A stretch of 64,000 nucleotides of DNA from an uncultured Desulfobacteraceae bacterium (GTDB taxonomy: Bacteria; Desulfobacterota; DSM-4660; Desulfatiglandales; B25-G16). The DNA is taken from assembly GCA_964611035.1 (NCBI GenBank), contig CAZSWT010000012.1, forward strand, positions 89 to 64,088, written 5' to 3'. Below are positions 17,343-26,857 of the stretch, piece after piece (the first letter of the stretch is position 1; each line of letters opens with the position of its first letter). The notes beneath the pieces are model-generated. The model did no database searches and was not told the DNA's origin. It saw only the letters and a program-made list of their open reading frames with translations. The translations under genes and the position numbers were made by a program.

Positions 17343-17810
17343 ATGAACACAACAAACGCAATAATGTTTGTGGCTGATAAAATGCTTGGAAAATTAGCCA
17401 AGTACTTAAGGATTATGGGATACGATACCTTTTACCAGACGAGCTATCCAGATCAGAGATTATCAGACTTGGTTAGGGAGGGAAGGATTCTTCTAACAAG
17501 AAATCATATAACTGTTAGGCAATATTCAAACTCTATCTTTGTTGACTGCGATCTGGTGAAAGATCAATTAAAGGCAGTTGATAACTCACTGAAGCTTACA
17601 CGGGATCGGAGAGACTGGTTCAGTAGGTGCCTTGTCTGTAATTCACCTCTCTCCAAGGCTGAATTAGAAGTAGCACGGCAAAATGTTCCTGATTTTGTTT
17701 TTTTTAAGGACCATGAAAGGATTTTTTTTTGCCCAATTTGCAAACGATTTTACTGGCCAGGTACTCATAGAGAACGGATGGTAGAAAGATTAACGGATTG
17801 GGGATATTGA
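17343..17810 (+). CDS. Mut7-C RNase domain protein (PIN-like + zinc ribbon)
   Basis: FVADKMLGKLAKYLRIMGYDT at the N-terminus, and CLVCNSPL...FFCPICKRFYWPGTHRERM at the C-terminus. Confidence 0.75.
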   Translation: MNTTNAIMFVADKMLGKLAKYLRIMGYDTFYQTSYPDQRLSDLVREGRILLTRNHITVRQYSNSIFVDCDLVKDQLKAVDNSLKLTRDRRDWFSRCLVCNSPLSKAELEVARQNVPDFVFFKDHERIFFCPICKRFYWPGTHRERMVERLTDWGY

Positions 17811-17814
17811 ATCA

Positions 17815-19656
17815 ATGTTCAGTAACATTATTTATATTATTATTGTATTGGTACTATTTCAGTTTAATTACCCTGTGGAGGGTCTATTCAGATCACCTAT
17901 AATCTCCGTTTTTGTTATCTTTTTACTCTGGCTCAATTTTACAATCTACTGTAGATACCGCTTCTCCAGGCTTTTGGCTTTTTATAGAGGTAATCCCACC
18001 AGTTTTGCTCAAAGCAAGGTAAGTTCTGCCTATCAATCGGCAGTCACGAAACTCTCCATTTTATCCATAATGATATTCGCCTTATTTGTTTATCTTCTCA
18101 ATCTAAAATATTGGCTTCTTAAAATCCCTGGCTTCACCACTTTTTCAATTCTGCCAAGCGCTGTGGCCATCCTTATCTTTTTTATCTTTCTTGCCACCAT
18201 CTGGTATTATGGCTATCCCGCCTATTGTGCCATCTTTCCATGTTCGGCAACAAGGTGGGTCTATGTAGTATCAAATATAAAGCTTAATTTTCCTATTATT
18301 TTTCCTTGGGCAATCCTTACCGTTTGCTATGATTTAATTGGCTTACTTGCATGGCCATCTTTAAAGAAGATCTTTGAAAATGAGATCGGACAATTTATAT
18401 TTTTTACTGTATTTCTGATTATCCTTGTAATATTCCTCCCTCCCTTTATCAAATATTGGTGGGGCTGCAGCAGCCTTCCCCAGACAGAAAAGAGAGAGAG
18501 TATAATGAATTTTCTGCGGAAGTCTGGCTTTAAATATAGAGACATATTACGGTGGCCGCTATTAGAGGGGCGGATGATGACCGCTGGTGTTATGGGTCTA
18601 CTACCAAAATTTCGGTATATCCTTGTAACGGATTCTTTATTAAACCTCCTTTCAGAGGAAGAACTCAATGCGGTGATGGCCCATGAAATAGGCCATATAA
18701 AATATAAACACATTCTTTTCTACATCTTTTTTCTCTTAGGCTATATGGCTCTCTCCATGGGCCTTTTTGATATCATTTTCTATGTAATGGCCGCTAATCC
18801 CTGGTTATTTGACTTATTACGAAGCCAAAAAGAGGTCCAGACAGGTATATTTTATTCACTCTTCTCTGTGCCTGTCATATTGAGTGTCATCCTTTACTTT
18901 CGATATATCATGGGTTTTTTTATGAGGAACTTTGAGCGTCAGGCAGATCTCTATTCAGCTAAACTCATGGGTAAACCTGAACCCACTATTATGTCGCTTG
19001 AAAAGATTGCACAGGTTAGTGGTCAAAGTCGAAATCTCCCATCCTGGCATCATTTTAGCATTGCTGAAAGAGTTGAGTGTTTGTGGAGATCCTTGCAGGA
19101 TCCTCAATTAATCAAGCGCCATTCAAGACGTTTAGCACTCTTTTTGATTGTCTTTTTCCTCCTTATTGCCTCTCTGGGATACGCACTAAATTTTAGTCCC
19201 CTAAAGAGAAATATAGAGCATATATTTCTTACACATATCTTGAATCAGCAGCTCATTGACTCCCCAGAAAATATCGAGACCTACAAAAATCTTGCATACA
19301 TCTATCAAAGAAGAGAGAACCTTTCCAAGGCCAAATGGGCATATGAAAATATCCTCAGGCTCAATCCTGATGACGGAATGGCACTTAATAACCTTGCATG
19401 GATTTTAGCTACTGCCCGGGATACAACACTTCTTGATTACCCAAAGGCACTTTTATTAGCCAAAAGGGCTGTTGGGATAGAAAACTCGCCAACCTTTTTG
19501 GATACCTTAGCTGAGGCTTACTATGTAAACGGATTGCAGGATAAGGCAATACAGACTATAAAGCAGGCATTAGAAAAGGCATCTGATAATAGGAAATATC
19601 TTGTGAGTCAATTGGAGAAATTTAAGAAAGGGGCAAAAGGGGCTCCTGGAAGCTGA
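17815..19656 (+). CDS. M48-family zinc metalloprotease, polytopic membrane protein with C-terminal TPR
   Basis: HEIGH motif (AHEIGHIKYKH), multiple TM segments and a TPR-like C-terminus. Confidence 0.8.
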   Translation: MFSNIIYIIIVLVLFQFNYPVEGLFRSPIISVFVIFLLWLNFTIYCRYRFSRLLAFYRGNPTSFAQSKVSSAYQSAVTKLSILSIMIFALFVYLLNLKYWLLKIPGFTTFSILPSAVAILIFFIFLATIWYYGYPAYCAIFPCSATRWVYVVSNIKLNFPIIFPWAILTVCYDLIGLLAWPSLKKIFENEIGQFIFFTVFLIILVIFLPPFIKYWWGCSSLPQTEKRESIMNFLRKSGFKYRDILRWPLLEGRMMTAGVMGLLPKFRYILVTDSLLNLLSEEELNAVMAHEIGHIKYKHILFYIFFLLGYMALSMGLFDIIFYVMAANPWLFDLLRSQKEVQTGIFYSLFSVPVILSVILYFRYIMGFFMRNFERQADLYSAKLMGKPEPTIMSLEKIAQVSGQSRNLPSWHHFSIAERVECLWRSLQDPQLIKRHSRRLALFLIVFFLLIASLGYALNFSPLKRNIEHIFLTHILNQQLIDSPENIETYKNLAYIYQRRENLSKAKWAYENILRLNPDDGMALNNLAWILATARDTTLLDYPKALLLAKRAVGIENSPTFLDTLAEAYYVNGLQDKAIQTIKQALEKASDNRKYLVSQLEKFKKGAKGAPGS

Positions 19657-19766
19657 ACGAAGAAGGCTTCTAAGGGAATGGGAGAGAGCAATCATCAGAA
19701 ACAGGTCTTGGATTAGGTATAGTGAAGGGGGGGATATTCCGCTAGGTCTGTAAAGTCTTTCTAATG

Positions 19767-19794
19767 TTGACAACACAAATAATTGTATGATAAT
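19767..19794 (+). promoter_or_regulatory. Putative sigma70 promoter of the vapBC module
   Basis: TTGACA (19767-19772), ~16 nt, then GATAAT (19789-19794). Confidence 0.4.
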
Positions 19795-19866
19795 ATGATA
19801 TTTGATTGATGATTTCTATTATGACTTACTATCTGGTATAAGTAAACCGAAAAACGGAGTATCATA

Positions 19867-20118
19867 ATGTCAGTTGTTACTACATCAAGCCGGGGGCAGA
19901 TCGTCATTCCCAGAGATGTGAGAAAGCAGCTTCAAATCGGTCCAGGGAAAAAGGTCCTGATCAGGGCTGAAGGGGATAGGGCAATTCTTTTCCCGCTTCC
20001 TGATGATCCTGTGGATCATTTCTGCGGTATCTTTCAGAAAGGAACATCACTTACAAAGGCACTTTTGGCCGAGCGGGGAAAGGAGCGAGCTCGTGAAGCG
20101 AAAAAGATTACTGGATAG
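19867..20118 (+). CDS. vapB: AbrB/MazE/SpoVT-family antitoxin
   Basis: SRGQIVIPRDVRKQLQI looped-hinge-helix motif. It overlaps the PIN gene. Confidence 0.8.
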   Translation: MSVVTTSSRGQIVIPRDVRKQLQIGPGKKVLIRAEGDRAILFPLPDDPVDHFCGIFQKGTSLTKALLAERGKERAREAKKITG

Positions 20119-20503
20119 CTTTGCCATGATTGTTTATTTGAATAAAGAGAAGGGTTTTGAAAAGGTACGTGATGTAATGTCTGAGGCTCAGAAATCGGGT
20201 GACCATGTTTTGATGAATGAGATAAATGTGGGGGAAGTCTATTATATTCTTTTCAGAAAAAGGGGGCCAGAAAAAGCTGACTACTTCATAGAGACAATAC
20301 TTGCATCACTACCGATTCTTACAGTCTCGAATGGTTTTGATGATGTGATTAATGCTGCAAAAATTAAGGCAGAGCATCCTCTCTCCTTTGCCGATTGTTT
20401 TGCTGTTGATACGGCCCGCAAATATAATGCCGTTATCATGACAGGGGATCCGGAATTCAAAAAGATAGATCAGCTTGTTGAAATAGAATGGCTCGATAGA
20501 TAA
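20093..20503 (+). CDS. vapC: PIN-domain toxin VapC
   Basis: A GTG start at 20093 gives VKRKRLLDSFAMIVYL (conserved Asp near the N-terminus). FADCFAVDTA and MTGDPEF are typical PIN acidic positions. Confidence 0.8.
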   Translation: MKRKRLLDSFAMIVYLNKEKGFEKVRDVMSEAQKSGDHVLMNEINVGEVYYILFRKRGPEKADYFIETILASLPILTVSNGFDDVINAAKIKAEHPLSFADCFAVDTARKYNAVIMTGDPEFKKIDQLVEIEWLDR

Positions 20504-20686
20504 CGAAGCGAGGCAGAAATTGGATGGCCTCAATGTGCATTTTTTTGCCCAACTGCTCAATTCATGCCGATGAAAATTATGAGCCATTTTTCTCAAATTG
20601 ATGTGGAATCAAAATTGGGTGAAGGAACAACATTTACGATAACTTTACCTTGTGATATATTAGCCACAGATCCTCACGGACAATGA
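20504..20686 (+). pseudogene. Remnant of a histidine kinase C-terminus (HATPase_c tail)
   Basis: IDVESKLGEGTTFTITLP matches the kinase G2-box/C-terminal strand. No upstream kinase domains are present. It abuts the vapC stop. Confidence 0.55.
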
Positions 20687-21061
20687 AGATCAAAATTGAC
20701 CAATATTTGCCGAAAGCTCTATTATCTCTCACAGAGAGCACAGGGGACACAGAGCTATTAAAAAGCGAACATACAGAAATGAAGGAGTCACTTAAAAGGC
20801 CAATGGTAATACCTTAAAGGGCAAGAATAGGCTCGCTTATTCTTGCCCGCAATGGGGGCTCTCCATTGCTTCCGATTTGAATTCATCGGATGCCCGCTAA
20901 ATGGGCCTTTTATGCGATTTTATCAATTCCATTTTAGATTCTCCACTGTGATCTCTGCCTGCCCCGTTAAATGCGAAGCATATTTAACTGGGGAGAACTC
21001 AAGCGACCAGAGGGAGCGGGCGAGGGCAATCTATAATACTATCCGTAATTGGGAGGATATT

Positions 21062-21334
21062 ATGGAACAAATCGGGATAAGAGACAAAGCGTTGCCAATA
21101 TTGAAATCTTCTATAGCTTTAAAAGAGAAGCTACTAAAAGCAAAATCGAAGAGCTACCGCAAGCGTCTAAAAATATTTGAAAAAAAACATAAAATGAAGT
21201 CTGAGCACTTCATAAAAGAGTTTAACGCCGGTAAGCTTGGTGACGATGCAGAATGGTTTGATTGGCTCTTTGTATATGAAGCATACAACAGAGTAACAGA
21301 GCAGGAAAAAATAATAGAAGGGCTTTCACTGTGA
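21062..21334 (+). CDS. Small coiled-coil protein, probable antitoxin partner of the DUF6516-like gene
   Basis: ATG at 21062 with GGGAGG upstream. It overlaps the next gene by 4 nt (GTGA). The longer track ORF (from 20843) translates repeat sequence. Confidence 0.5.
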   Translation: MEQIGIRDKALPILKSSIALKEKLLKAKSKSYRKRLKIFEKKHKMKSEHFIKEFNAGKLGDDAEWFDWLFVYEAYNRVTEQEKIIEGLSL

Positions 21335-21708
21335 CCATTCGCTATTTTGAAAAGGTCAAAAAGAGAATAGCTAAATTGGAGTGGTTAATAGAACGGAAAA
21401 GTATTGATACTGAGTATGACGAAGACGCTGATGTTGGTTACATTGGAGGGTATATAAACTTCAAGGATGGTTCCATATTTCATTTCAAAGAAATTCTATT
21501 TGGACAGAACAGGCATTATAGATTTCACTATATGGATGAGAAACACAATCTAATATCCAGATGGGATACTGCGCCGCATCACAAGAAATTGAAAACTTTT
21601 CCTTATCATGTCCATTTACCTGATGGTGTGAAAGAATGTAAACCGGTTACACTTAATGGTGTCCTTGATAGGATAGAAAGCATTGTCATTGATAGATTAG
21701 AGGAGTGA
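21331..21708 (+). CDS. DUF6516 / TumE-like toxin-family protein
   Basis: RWDTAPHHKKLKTFPYHVH matches the RWDNAPHH...FPHH.H signature as I remember it for this family. Confidence 0.5.
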   Translation: MTIRYFEKVKKRIAKLEWLIERKSIDTEYDEDADVGYIGGYINFKDGSIFHFKEILFGQNRHYRFHYMDEKHNLISRWDTAPHHKKLKTFPYHVHLPDGVKECKPVTLNGVLDRIESIVIDRLEE

Positions 21709-21739
21709 TCTCAAACCTTAGTAAAGGGTCGCGGTAGGA

Positions 21740-22024
21740 ATGCGGGTTCCCCGCACAGATCCCAAGCATGGGGTTGCTGATATTTGCGAAATGGACCTGG
21801 ATGAGATTTATTCAAAAGGTAAGCAGCAAAAAAAAGTTAAAGCCAGGAGTCTTCTTTGCTCTTGGCCTGCCTGTGCCGGCACGGCAGACAGGGCTGTCAG
21901 GGAACTGGGTATGTCGCTCACAGATCTGGCCAGGCATCTGGGAATCAGTGTTCCAGGTGTAGGGTATGCCGTGGAGAGAGGGGAGTCTATTGCACGAGAC
22001 AATAATTATCAACTGGTTGATTGA
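21740..22024 (+). pseudogene. C-terminal remnant of an IS200-like/REP-associated Y1 transposase with DnaA-C-type HTH
   Basis: KARSLLCSW...AVRELGMSLTDLARHLGISVPGVGYAVERGESIA resembles the C-terminal HTH of these proteins. The N-terminal catalytic domain is absent. Confidence 0.45.
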
Positions 22025-22112
22025 TTTACTTTGTTTTTTAAGGGCGTCCCGCTTTACGCTTTATATTGAATTTTTGCGATAAAAAGATCACCAGAAGGAG
22101 TCATTTATCTCT

Positions 22113-23573
22113 ATGAAAATAGGAAGAAATGATCCCTGCCCTTGTGGAAGCGGTAAGAAATACAAGAAGTGTTGTTTGAAGAAGGATGAATTGAAAAAAG
22201 CGATTTCACTACCCAAACGAAGGACTGCTGCGGAATCCGTGGATTCCCTCCGTGGGAAAATCATGAAGTTTATTGATATGGAGAACTTAAGGGACTATTA
22301 TCCAGCGGCCATCGACCAATATTGGAAGACACTTAGGCAGGGCCAGAACCTTCGGGCTATGGTAGAAACCGATATGATTGGTTTCACGGAGTGGTTCGTT
22401 CATGATTACGTCCTTCCTGGCTTTGGAAAGCCACTTATCACTGTCTATCTTGAAAATAATCCAAAGCTAACCAGAACGGAACTCCGGATACTGAAAGACT
22501 GGCAGGAGACCAACATCTCCGTCTATCAAATCACCCGTGTAGAAGAGAATAATGGCGTTTACTGTGAGGACATCTTTACAGACAAGGGATTCTTTATCCA
22601 CGATATCAGTATTTCAAGGTCCATAAAGCAATGGGAATTATTGATGGCCCGAAAGGTGTGGGTTTTGGACGAGTGGCAATTGTCGGCAATGGGAGCAAAA
22701 CTACCTCCTAACGAAAAAAAGGATATTTATGACTTTGTGATGGGCCATTATCTGAAGCACCTGGAATCACATCCAAATACCTCGCTTACGGATTTTCTAC
22801 AGCAAAAGGGATATCTTCTCAGACAATATGTGATTACAAAAGAAGTCGAACCCACTGAATCACCAAGGATCGTCACCAGCCATGGGGAGGAGATGGTCAT
22901 GTATGATGCGATCTACGATGTTATTGATTGTGACTTAGTGGTAGAAAAATTATCCAAGATCTCTGATTACCAAATGACGGGATACACTGAGCATAAGGAT
23001 GGTGAAGCTTTGAATTATACCTTCGATTGGCTTGAGAAAGGAGAGTCTTCTAAGCTGTTCGAAGGAAAACATCCAAAAGAAGGAATGATTTTTCAATCGT
23101 TTTTTACGGAGGGACCTGGCCATGAAAGCTATAGGGTACTGGGGAATCTTAAGTTAGGTCCCGATAGACTAAAATTATCGGCCATGGGAGAGGATAGGTT
23201 CAAAGCAGGGAAGACCGTTTTAGAAAAAAATCTAAAACCTGCAGTTAAGCATAGATTGGACAGCATACAGACCCTTGAATCGAAGTTGAGCGAAGACAGG
23301 AGGGCATCCGACACCGAAGAGATCGACCCCGAGATACAAAAGGGAATTACTAAAGATTTTTTCGATAAATACTACAGAGATTGGCTTGATTTCAAAATCC
23401 CTGCCCTTGAAGATAAGACGCCAAGGGAAGCTGCAAGGACGAAGGAGGGGAGAAGGGAGCTTGAGGAATTGCTAAGATTGTTAGAATATAGGGAACAAAG
23501 TAGGAGAGAGAATGGACAGCCCGAGTATGACATTGCTTGGATTCGCAAAGAATTAGGGATAGAGAAAAAGTAA
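22113..23573 (+). CDS. SEC-C metal-binding motif protein (486 aa), function unknown
   Basis: N-terminal [18 protein letters not shown]. The rest is unassigned. Confidence 0.7.
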   Translation: MKIGRNDPCPCGSGKKYKKCCLKKDELKKAISLPKRRTAAESVDSLRGKIMKFIDMENLRDYYPAAIDQYWKTLRQGQNLRAMVETDMIGFTEWFVHDYVLPGFGKPLITVYLENNPKLTRTELRILKDWQETNISVYQITRVEENNGVYCEDIFTDKGFFIHDISISRSIKQWELLMARKVWVLDEWQLSAMGAKLPPNEKKDIYDFVMGHYLKHLESHPNTSLTDFLQQKGYLLRQYVITKEVEPTESPRIVTSHGEEMVMYDAIYDVIDCDLVVEKLSKISDYQMTGYTEHKDGEALNYTFDWLEKGESSKLFEGKHPKEGMIFQSFFTEGPGHESYRVLGNLKLGPDRLKLSAMGEDRFKAGKTVLEKNLKPAVKHRLDSIQTLESKLSEDRRASDTEEIDPEIQKGITKDFFDKYYRDWLDFKIPALEDKTPREAARTKEGRRELEELLRLLEYREQSRRENGQPEYDIAWIRKELGIEKK

Positions 23574-23907
23574 TTTCATCTTTCAGATGTCAGAATTCGA
23601 TGTTTCTTATATGATTGTTGAGAAATCGGAATCCAAAAAACTTATGACTACCAAACGAAACCTTGAATGAAATTTAATTTGGCTGTACGATCGATTATGG
23701 CACGAAACCTGAATTTCCTACCAAAGCCAAATTATGCATAATCATGTTAAAATGTTATACTTTTTAGATCGCTGATATGTGGCAGAGTACAAACCCGAAC
23801 CAAGCTTGGATATTTTTCCGATAACACAACGTTATAAAAATTAAAGGTACTGACAAGATAGCACAACGACTCAAATTTAAAAGACATAGTATCTCTAATA
23901 GGTACAT

Positions 23908-24594
23908 GTGATGTCGGAATTTAAAAGGTGTAAAGGACTTAATCAAAAAGGTAAGAGATGTGGAGCGCAGGCTGTTAAAGGATCTGAATACTGTGTTGCT
24001 CACCAAGACCAAGCCCCTAAATCCCATATTAAGACTCCATTCTATAAAGATATTAAGTTTTTAATCCCAATAATTATAACCATATTTTTAGCCATTTATT
24101 TTGGGAGTAAAAGTGCTACAAAAAAAGGACAACAAATTACACACCAAGATCAAAATAAAACTCACAAAACATTAGATCGTATGGAAAAGAACATAAACAA
24201 AATTATCGATAACCACTCAAAAGCCTCTCAAGAATATTTAGAAGAAAAATACGGCTCTCTTCCAACTTTCTTTGGTGCAACGGATAAAGGTGCAATAGTT
24301 CCCTATGGTGGTAATCCGGCGGGTATAAATATCGATTGGAAATCTGCTTTAGTGTTAAATGTAACGCATAATGAAATAAAAATACAAATTCCAGACATAT
24401 CAATAAATACGGATAAGATTAAAGGATTGACATTCGTAAATATAAAATTTGTAATGATAAAAAAAGTCGGTTATACGATAGCACCCATCGGCGACAGAAG
24501 ATTTGAAATTAGGGCTACTGTTGTTGGAGTAGATCAAGGAATAACAGTGATTGGTTTATCAGTTGTTTTAAAATCTGGTTCTTCTCCAAATTAG
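23908..24594 (+). CDS. Hypothetical membrane-anchored protein with an N-terminal Cys/His cluster
   Basis: CKGLNQKGKRCGAQAVKGSEYCVAH, then one TM segment. The last 5 codons plus the stop are supplied by the MITE insertion. Confidence 0.45.
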   Translation: MMSEFKRCKGLNQKGKRCGAQAVKGSEYCVAHQDQAPKSHIKTPFYKDIKFLIPIIITIFLAIYFGSKSATKKGQQITHQDQNKTHKTLDRMEKNINKIIDNHSKASQEYLEEKYGSLPTFFGATDKGAIVPYGGNPAGINIDWKSALVLNVTHNEIKIQIPDISINTDKIKGLTFVNIKFVMIKKVGYTIAPIGDRRFEIRATVVGVDQGITVIGLSVVLKSGSSPN

Positions 24595-24863
24595 TTGGTA
24601 GAAAAATGATTTACCAAAATACAACATATTGAAATTAAATGTAATTTCACCATTAACCTTTTTGATTAATTAGGCCATATTGTTAGGTGATAATGTTACT
24701 CCAGAAATTAAGTATTAACAGGAAATTACTTTTATAGGCAACTGCTATGATGAGCCTGGTAGGTACCCATTATCGGAGTTGCTTTTAAAAGCTATACCTA
24801 CTGAAATCATTAATCAAATAAGATTTAAGCCTTAATCTTGACCAACTAATTTGGAGAAGATCC
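24577..24863 (+). mobile_element. 287-bp MITE, copy 1
   Basis: 23-nt terminal inverted repeats (TIRs) GG(T/A)TCTTCTCCAAATTAGTTGGT. Flanked by direct TAAAATCT (24569-24576 and 24864-24871). Confidence 0.85.
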
Positions 24864-24931
24864 TAAAATCTTAATTTAAATAATAATCCAATCTGCTATT
24901 TATCATCAAAAAAGTACCTTTTCCAAATTAC

Positions 24932-25009
24932 AGATAACTCCAACGTATTCGTAAAGTTAAAAGCGATTAAAACCTGTGATATCTAAACTCCCCGTTTGGA
25001 ATGTTACGG
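24932..25009 (+). other. attC-like site
   Basis: AGATAAC-TCCAACG...CCGTTTGGAAT-GTTACGG. About 65-70% similar to 26542-26618. Confidence 0.5.
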
Positions 25010-25209
25010 TTGCATGTATCTGCTATCTTTGGCAGGGTTTCAGCACGTTATAATGCTGCGATATCGAAACCGTATCGGAAAAACGTTAGCAATCCCAATA
25101 TGATGAGCTCATGGCAAGATATGTGGAAAACGAGTCGCTAGCCTCGAAAAATCTTGAACAGTACCCTTTCCGTTCCTAATAATAGACTGTGAAGTTCTTA
25201 CACATGCGG

Positions 25210-25215
25210 TATAAT
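25210..25215 (+). promoter_or_regulatory. Possible -10 box (TATAAT) upstream of the HEPN-like gene
   Basis: A perfect TATAAT lies 35 nt upstream of the ATG at 25250. No convincing -35. Confidence 0.3.
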
Positions 25216-25249
25216 AGTTCCATTTCGATCAAATAAAGGACCCAGGTTA

Positions 25250-26404
25250 ATGAAGGCTCAGAAGAATGAAACTTTCTTGTATGAGGTCTCTTTTTATGTA
25301 AATACGGCACATTATCTGCCAGTCTTGTGGAAACATGATCCTCTTTCTTTCCAGTGGGCGAAATTATCTGTCATTCCTTTGAAGAAATGTAGCAATCATG
25401 ATGATGAAGGTAAGGAAGGATTCGATGATGCGATCAAGACCAGCTACACCATTCCAGCCGAATCAATCAACGAAGCAATCTCTAAATCGCTAATGGTGAA
25501 CAGGTTCATCTTGAATATTGCTTCATTTTACTATTCAATTGGGTTAAACATAAAATCGCCTCCGTGCATTACTGAGTTGGATACCGGTAAAGGAGTAGTT
25601 TATGATTTCCGCCGTCTTACTTTTTCGAAAGATAACTTCTGCACAAAGATCGTCGATACATATTTCCCCTTTCTTACAGATGGGGGGGAAGGGAGCCTTA
25701 AGTTCAAATTAGATCAAATATCGTCTTATGAATATAATGAGCTTTTTGAAATTGACGATTTTCATAAAACGATCAAGACTTTTCTGGCGCTCTACAATGC
25801 TTACATTAAGGACTCAGCATTAAGAAAAAAAATAGATTTCTCACTCAATATTTTGAATGAGTCTCAGCAAATTCCGGGATTTGTATCGAGGTTTATCTTG
25901 TACTGGAGGGCCTTTCAGCAACTCGTTGAACGACCCGTTCCAACTGGTATCGTCAATGAAAAAAGTCTTCAAGAGATCATCTCGATTCTGAAGAAGCAAG
26001 AAGCCCCAAGATTATCTCAAAAAGAAATATCAAGAATCAGGGATCAGATACGTATAATTCATTCTAGGTCGAGGGCCGATCTAATAGTCGATGAGATGAG
26101 AAGTTATTTCACAGAATCTGAACAGGAACTTAGAGACATCTATACCAAGCTGGCAGAAACTCGAAATAAACTCATTCACGGTGGATACAAAGGAGAAGAA
26201 ATCCCCAATTTGTGGTTTGATACAGAGTTACTTAAATCGATTGTTCGCCAGATGGTTGGCGTGCACGTCGGTTACAAAAAAAGTGAATTGAAGATGCCAA
26301 GCCTCAAGGATTTTCGTGTAAGGTCAGCTCCGAAACCTGTAATACATATTGGTATTGGTAAGCCGGATGAGGATATTGCGAGCAAATCTCGGATTAGGAA
26401 GTGA
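25250..26404 (+). CDS. Hypothetical protein with a C-terminal HEPN-like Rx4H motif
   Basis: LAETRNKLIHGGY (R-N-K-L-I-H) sits in a helical C-terminal half. The N-terminal ~190 aa are unassigned. Confidence 0.45.
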   Translation: MKAQKNETFLYEVSFYVNTAHYLPVLWKHDPLSFQWAKLSVIPLKKCSNHDDEGKEGFDDAIKTSYTIPAESINEAISKSLMVNRFILNIASFYYSIGLNIKSPPCITELDTGKGVVYDFRRLTFSKDNFCTKIVDTYFPFLTDGGEGSLKFKLDQISSYEYNELFEIDDFHKTIKTFLALYNAYIKDSALRKKIDFSLNILNESQQIPGFVSRFILYWRAFQQLVERPVPTGIVNEKSLQEIISILKKQEAPRLSQKEISRIRDQIRIIHSRSRADLIVDEMRSYFTESEQELRDIYTKLAETRNKLIHGGYKGEEIPNLWFDTELLKSIVRQMVGVHVGYKKSELKMPSLKDFRVRSAPKPVIHIGIGKPDEDIASKSRIRK

Positions 26405-26541
26405 AACGATTCCAAGCACACCCATTCTTTGCCTAGTGTTATAATTCAGTGGAAGTGATAAATTAGGTCGCTGATCTCCATTGTTATCTCACTTTGAGAT
26501 ATCTGTTATCCACCACAGGTTTATCCCAGTTCTAAAACCTG

Positions 26542-26618
26542 AGCTATCTCCAACATATCTGAAAAATTTATAGGTCATCAAAACCTGTGCTAACCAAACT
26601 TCATTCGGAAGGTTACAG
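26542..26618 (+). other. attC-like site (degenerate 5' box)
   Basis: AGCTATC-TCCAAC...TTCGGAAG-GTTACAG. Direct-repeat partner of 24932-25009. Confidence 0.4.
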
Positions 26619-26857
26619 TTTACTGCTATAAATAGAAAGTCTCTCGCAAGTTTCCTGGCTTTTTATTACTATACGTAACATGGATAGGAGGGGTGCATAG
26701 TACTAACTGAAGTAAACCCCGATTCATAGCATATTTCAATCGTAATTCATTCAAAACAGTGGGTCGAAGATCCGCAAAAAAAATTGTAAGTTAACCTTAA
26801 AGTTCCTATCCTGAAATAGTACGATCAAATTTCAGTTGTTACACCTTAACGATATAT

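Noticed and set aside
20843-21061. N-terminal 73 codons of track ORF 20843-21334
   Set aside because: This part overlies repeat and hairpin sequence. An ATG at 21062 with a GGGAGG RBS gives a compact 90-aa protein coupled to the next gene.
21768-22012. Three overlapping ORFs (21768-21962 +, 21808-22002 -, 21812-22012 -)
   Set aside because: They are alternative frames over the transposase-HTH remnant. Only the 21740-22024 frame shows family-like sequence.
23819-23838. Mini-palindrome CGATAACACAACGTTATAAA as an attC or attI site
   Set aside because: It has the AAC/GTT boxes but is far too short and has no internal L boxes. It may be a collapsed site or chance.
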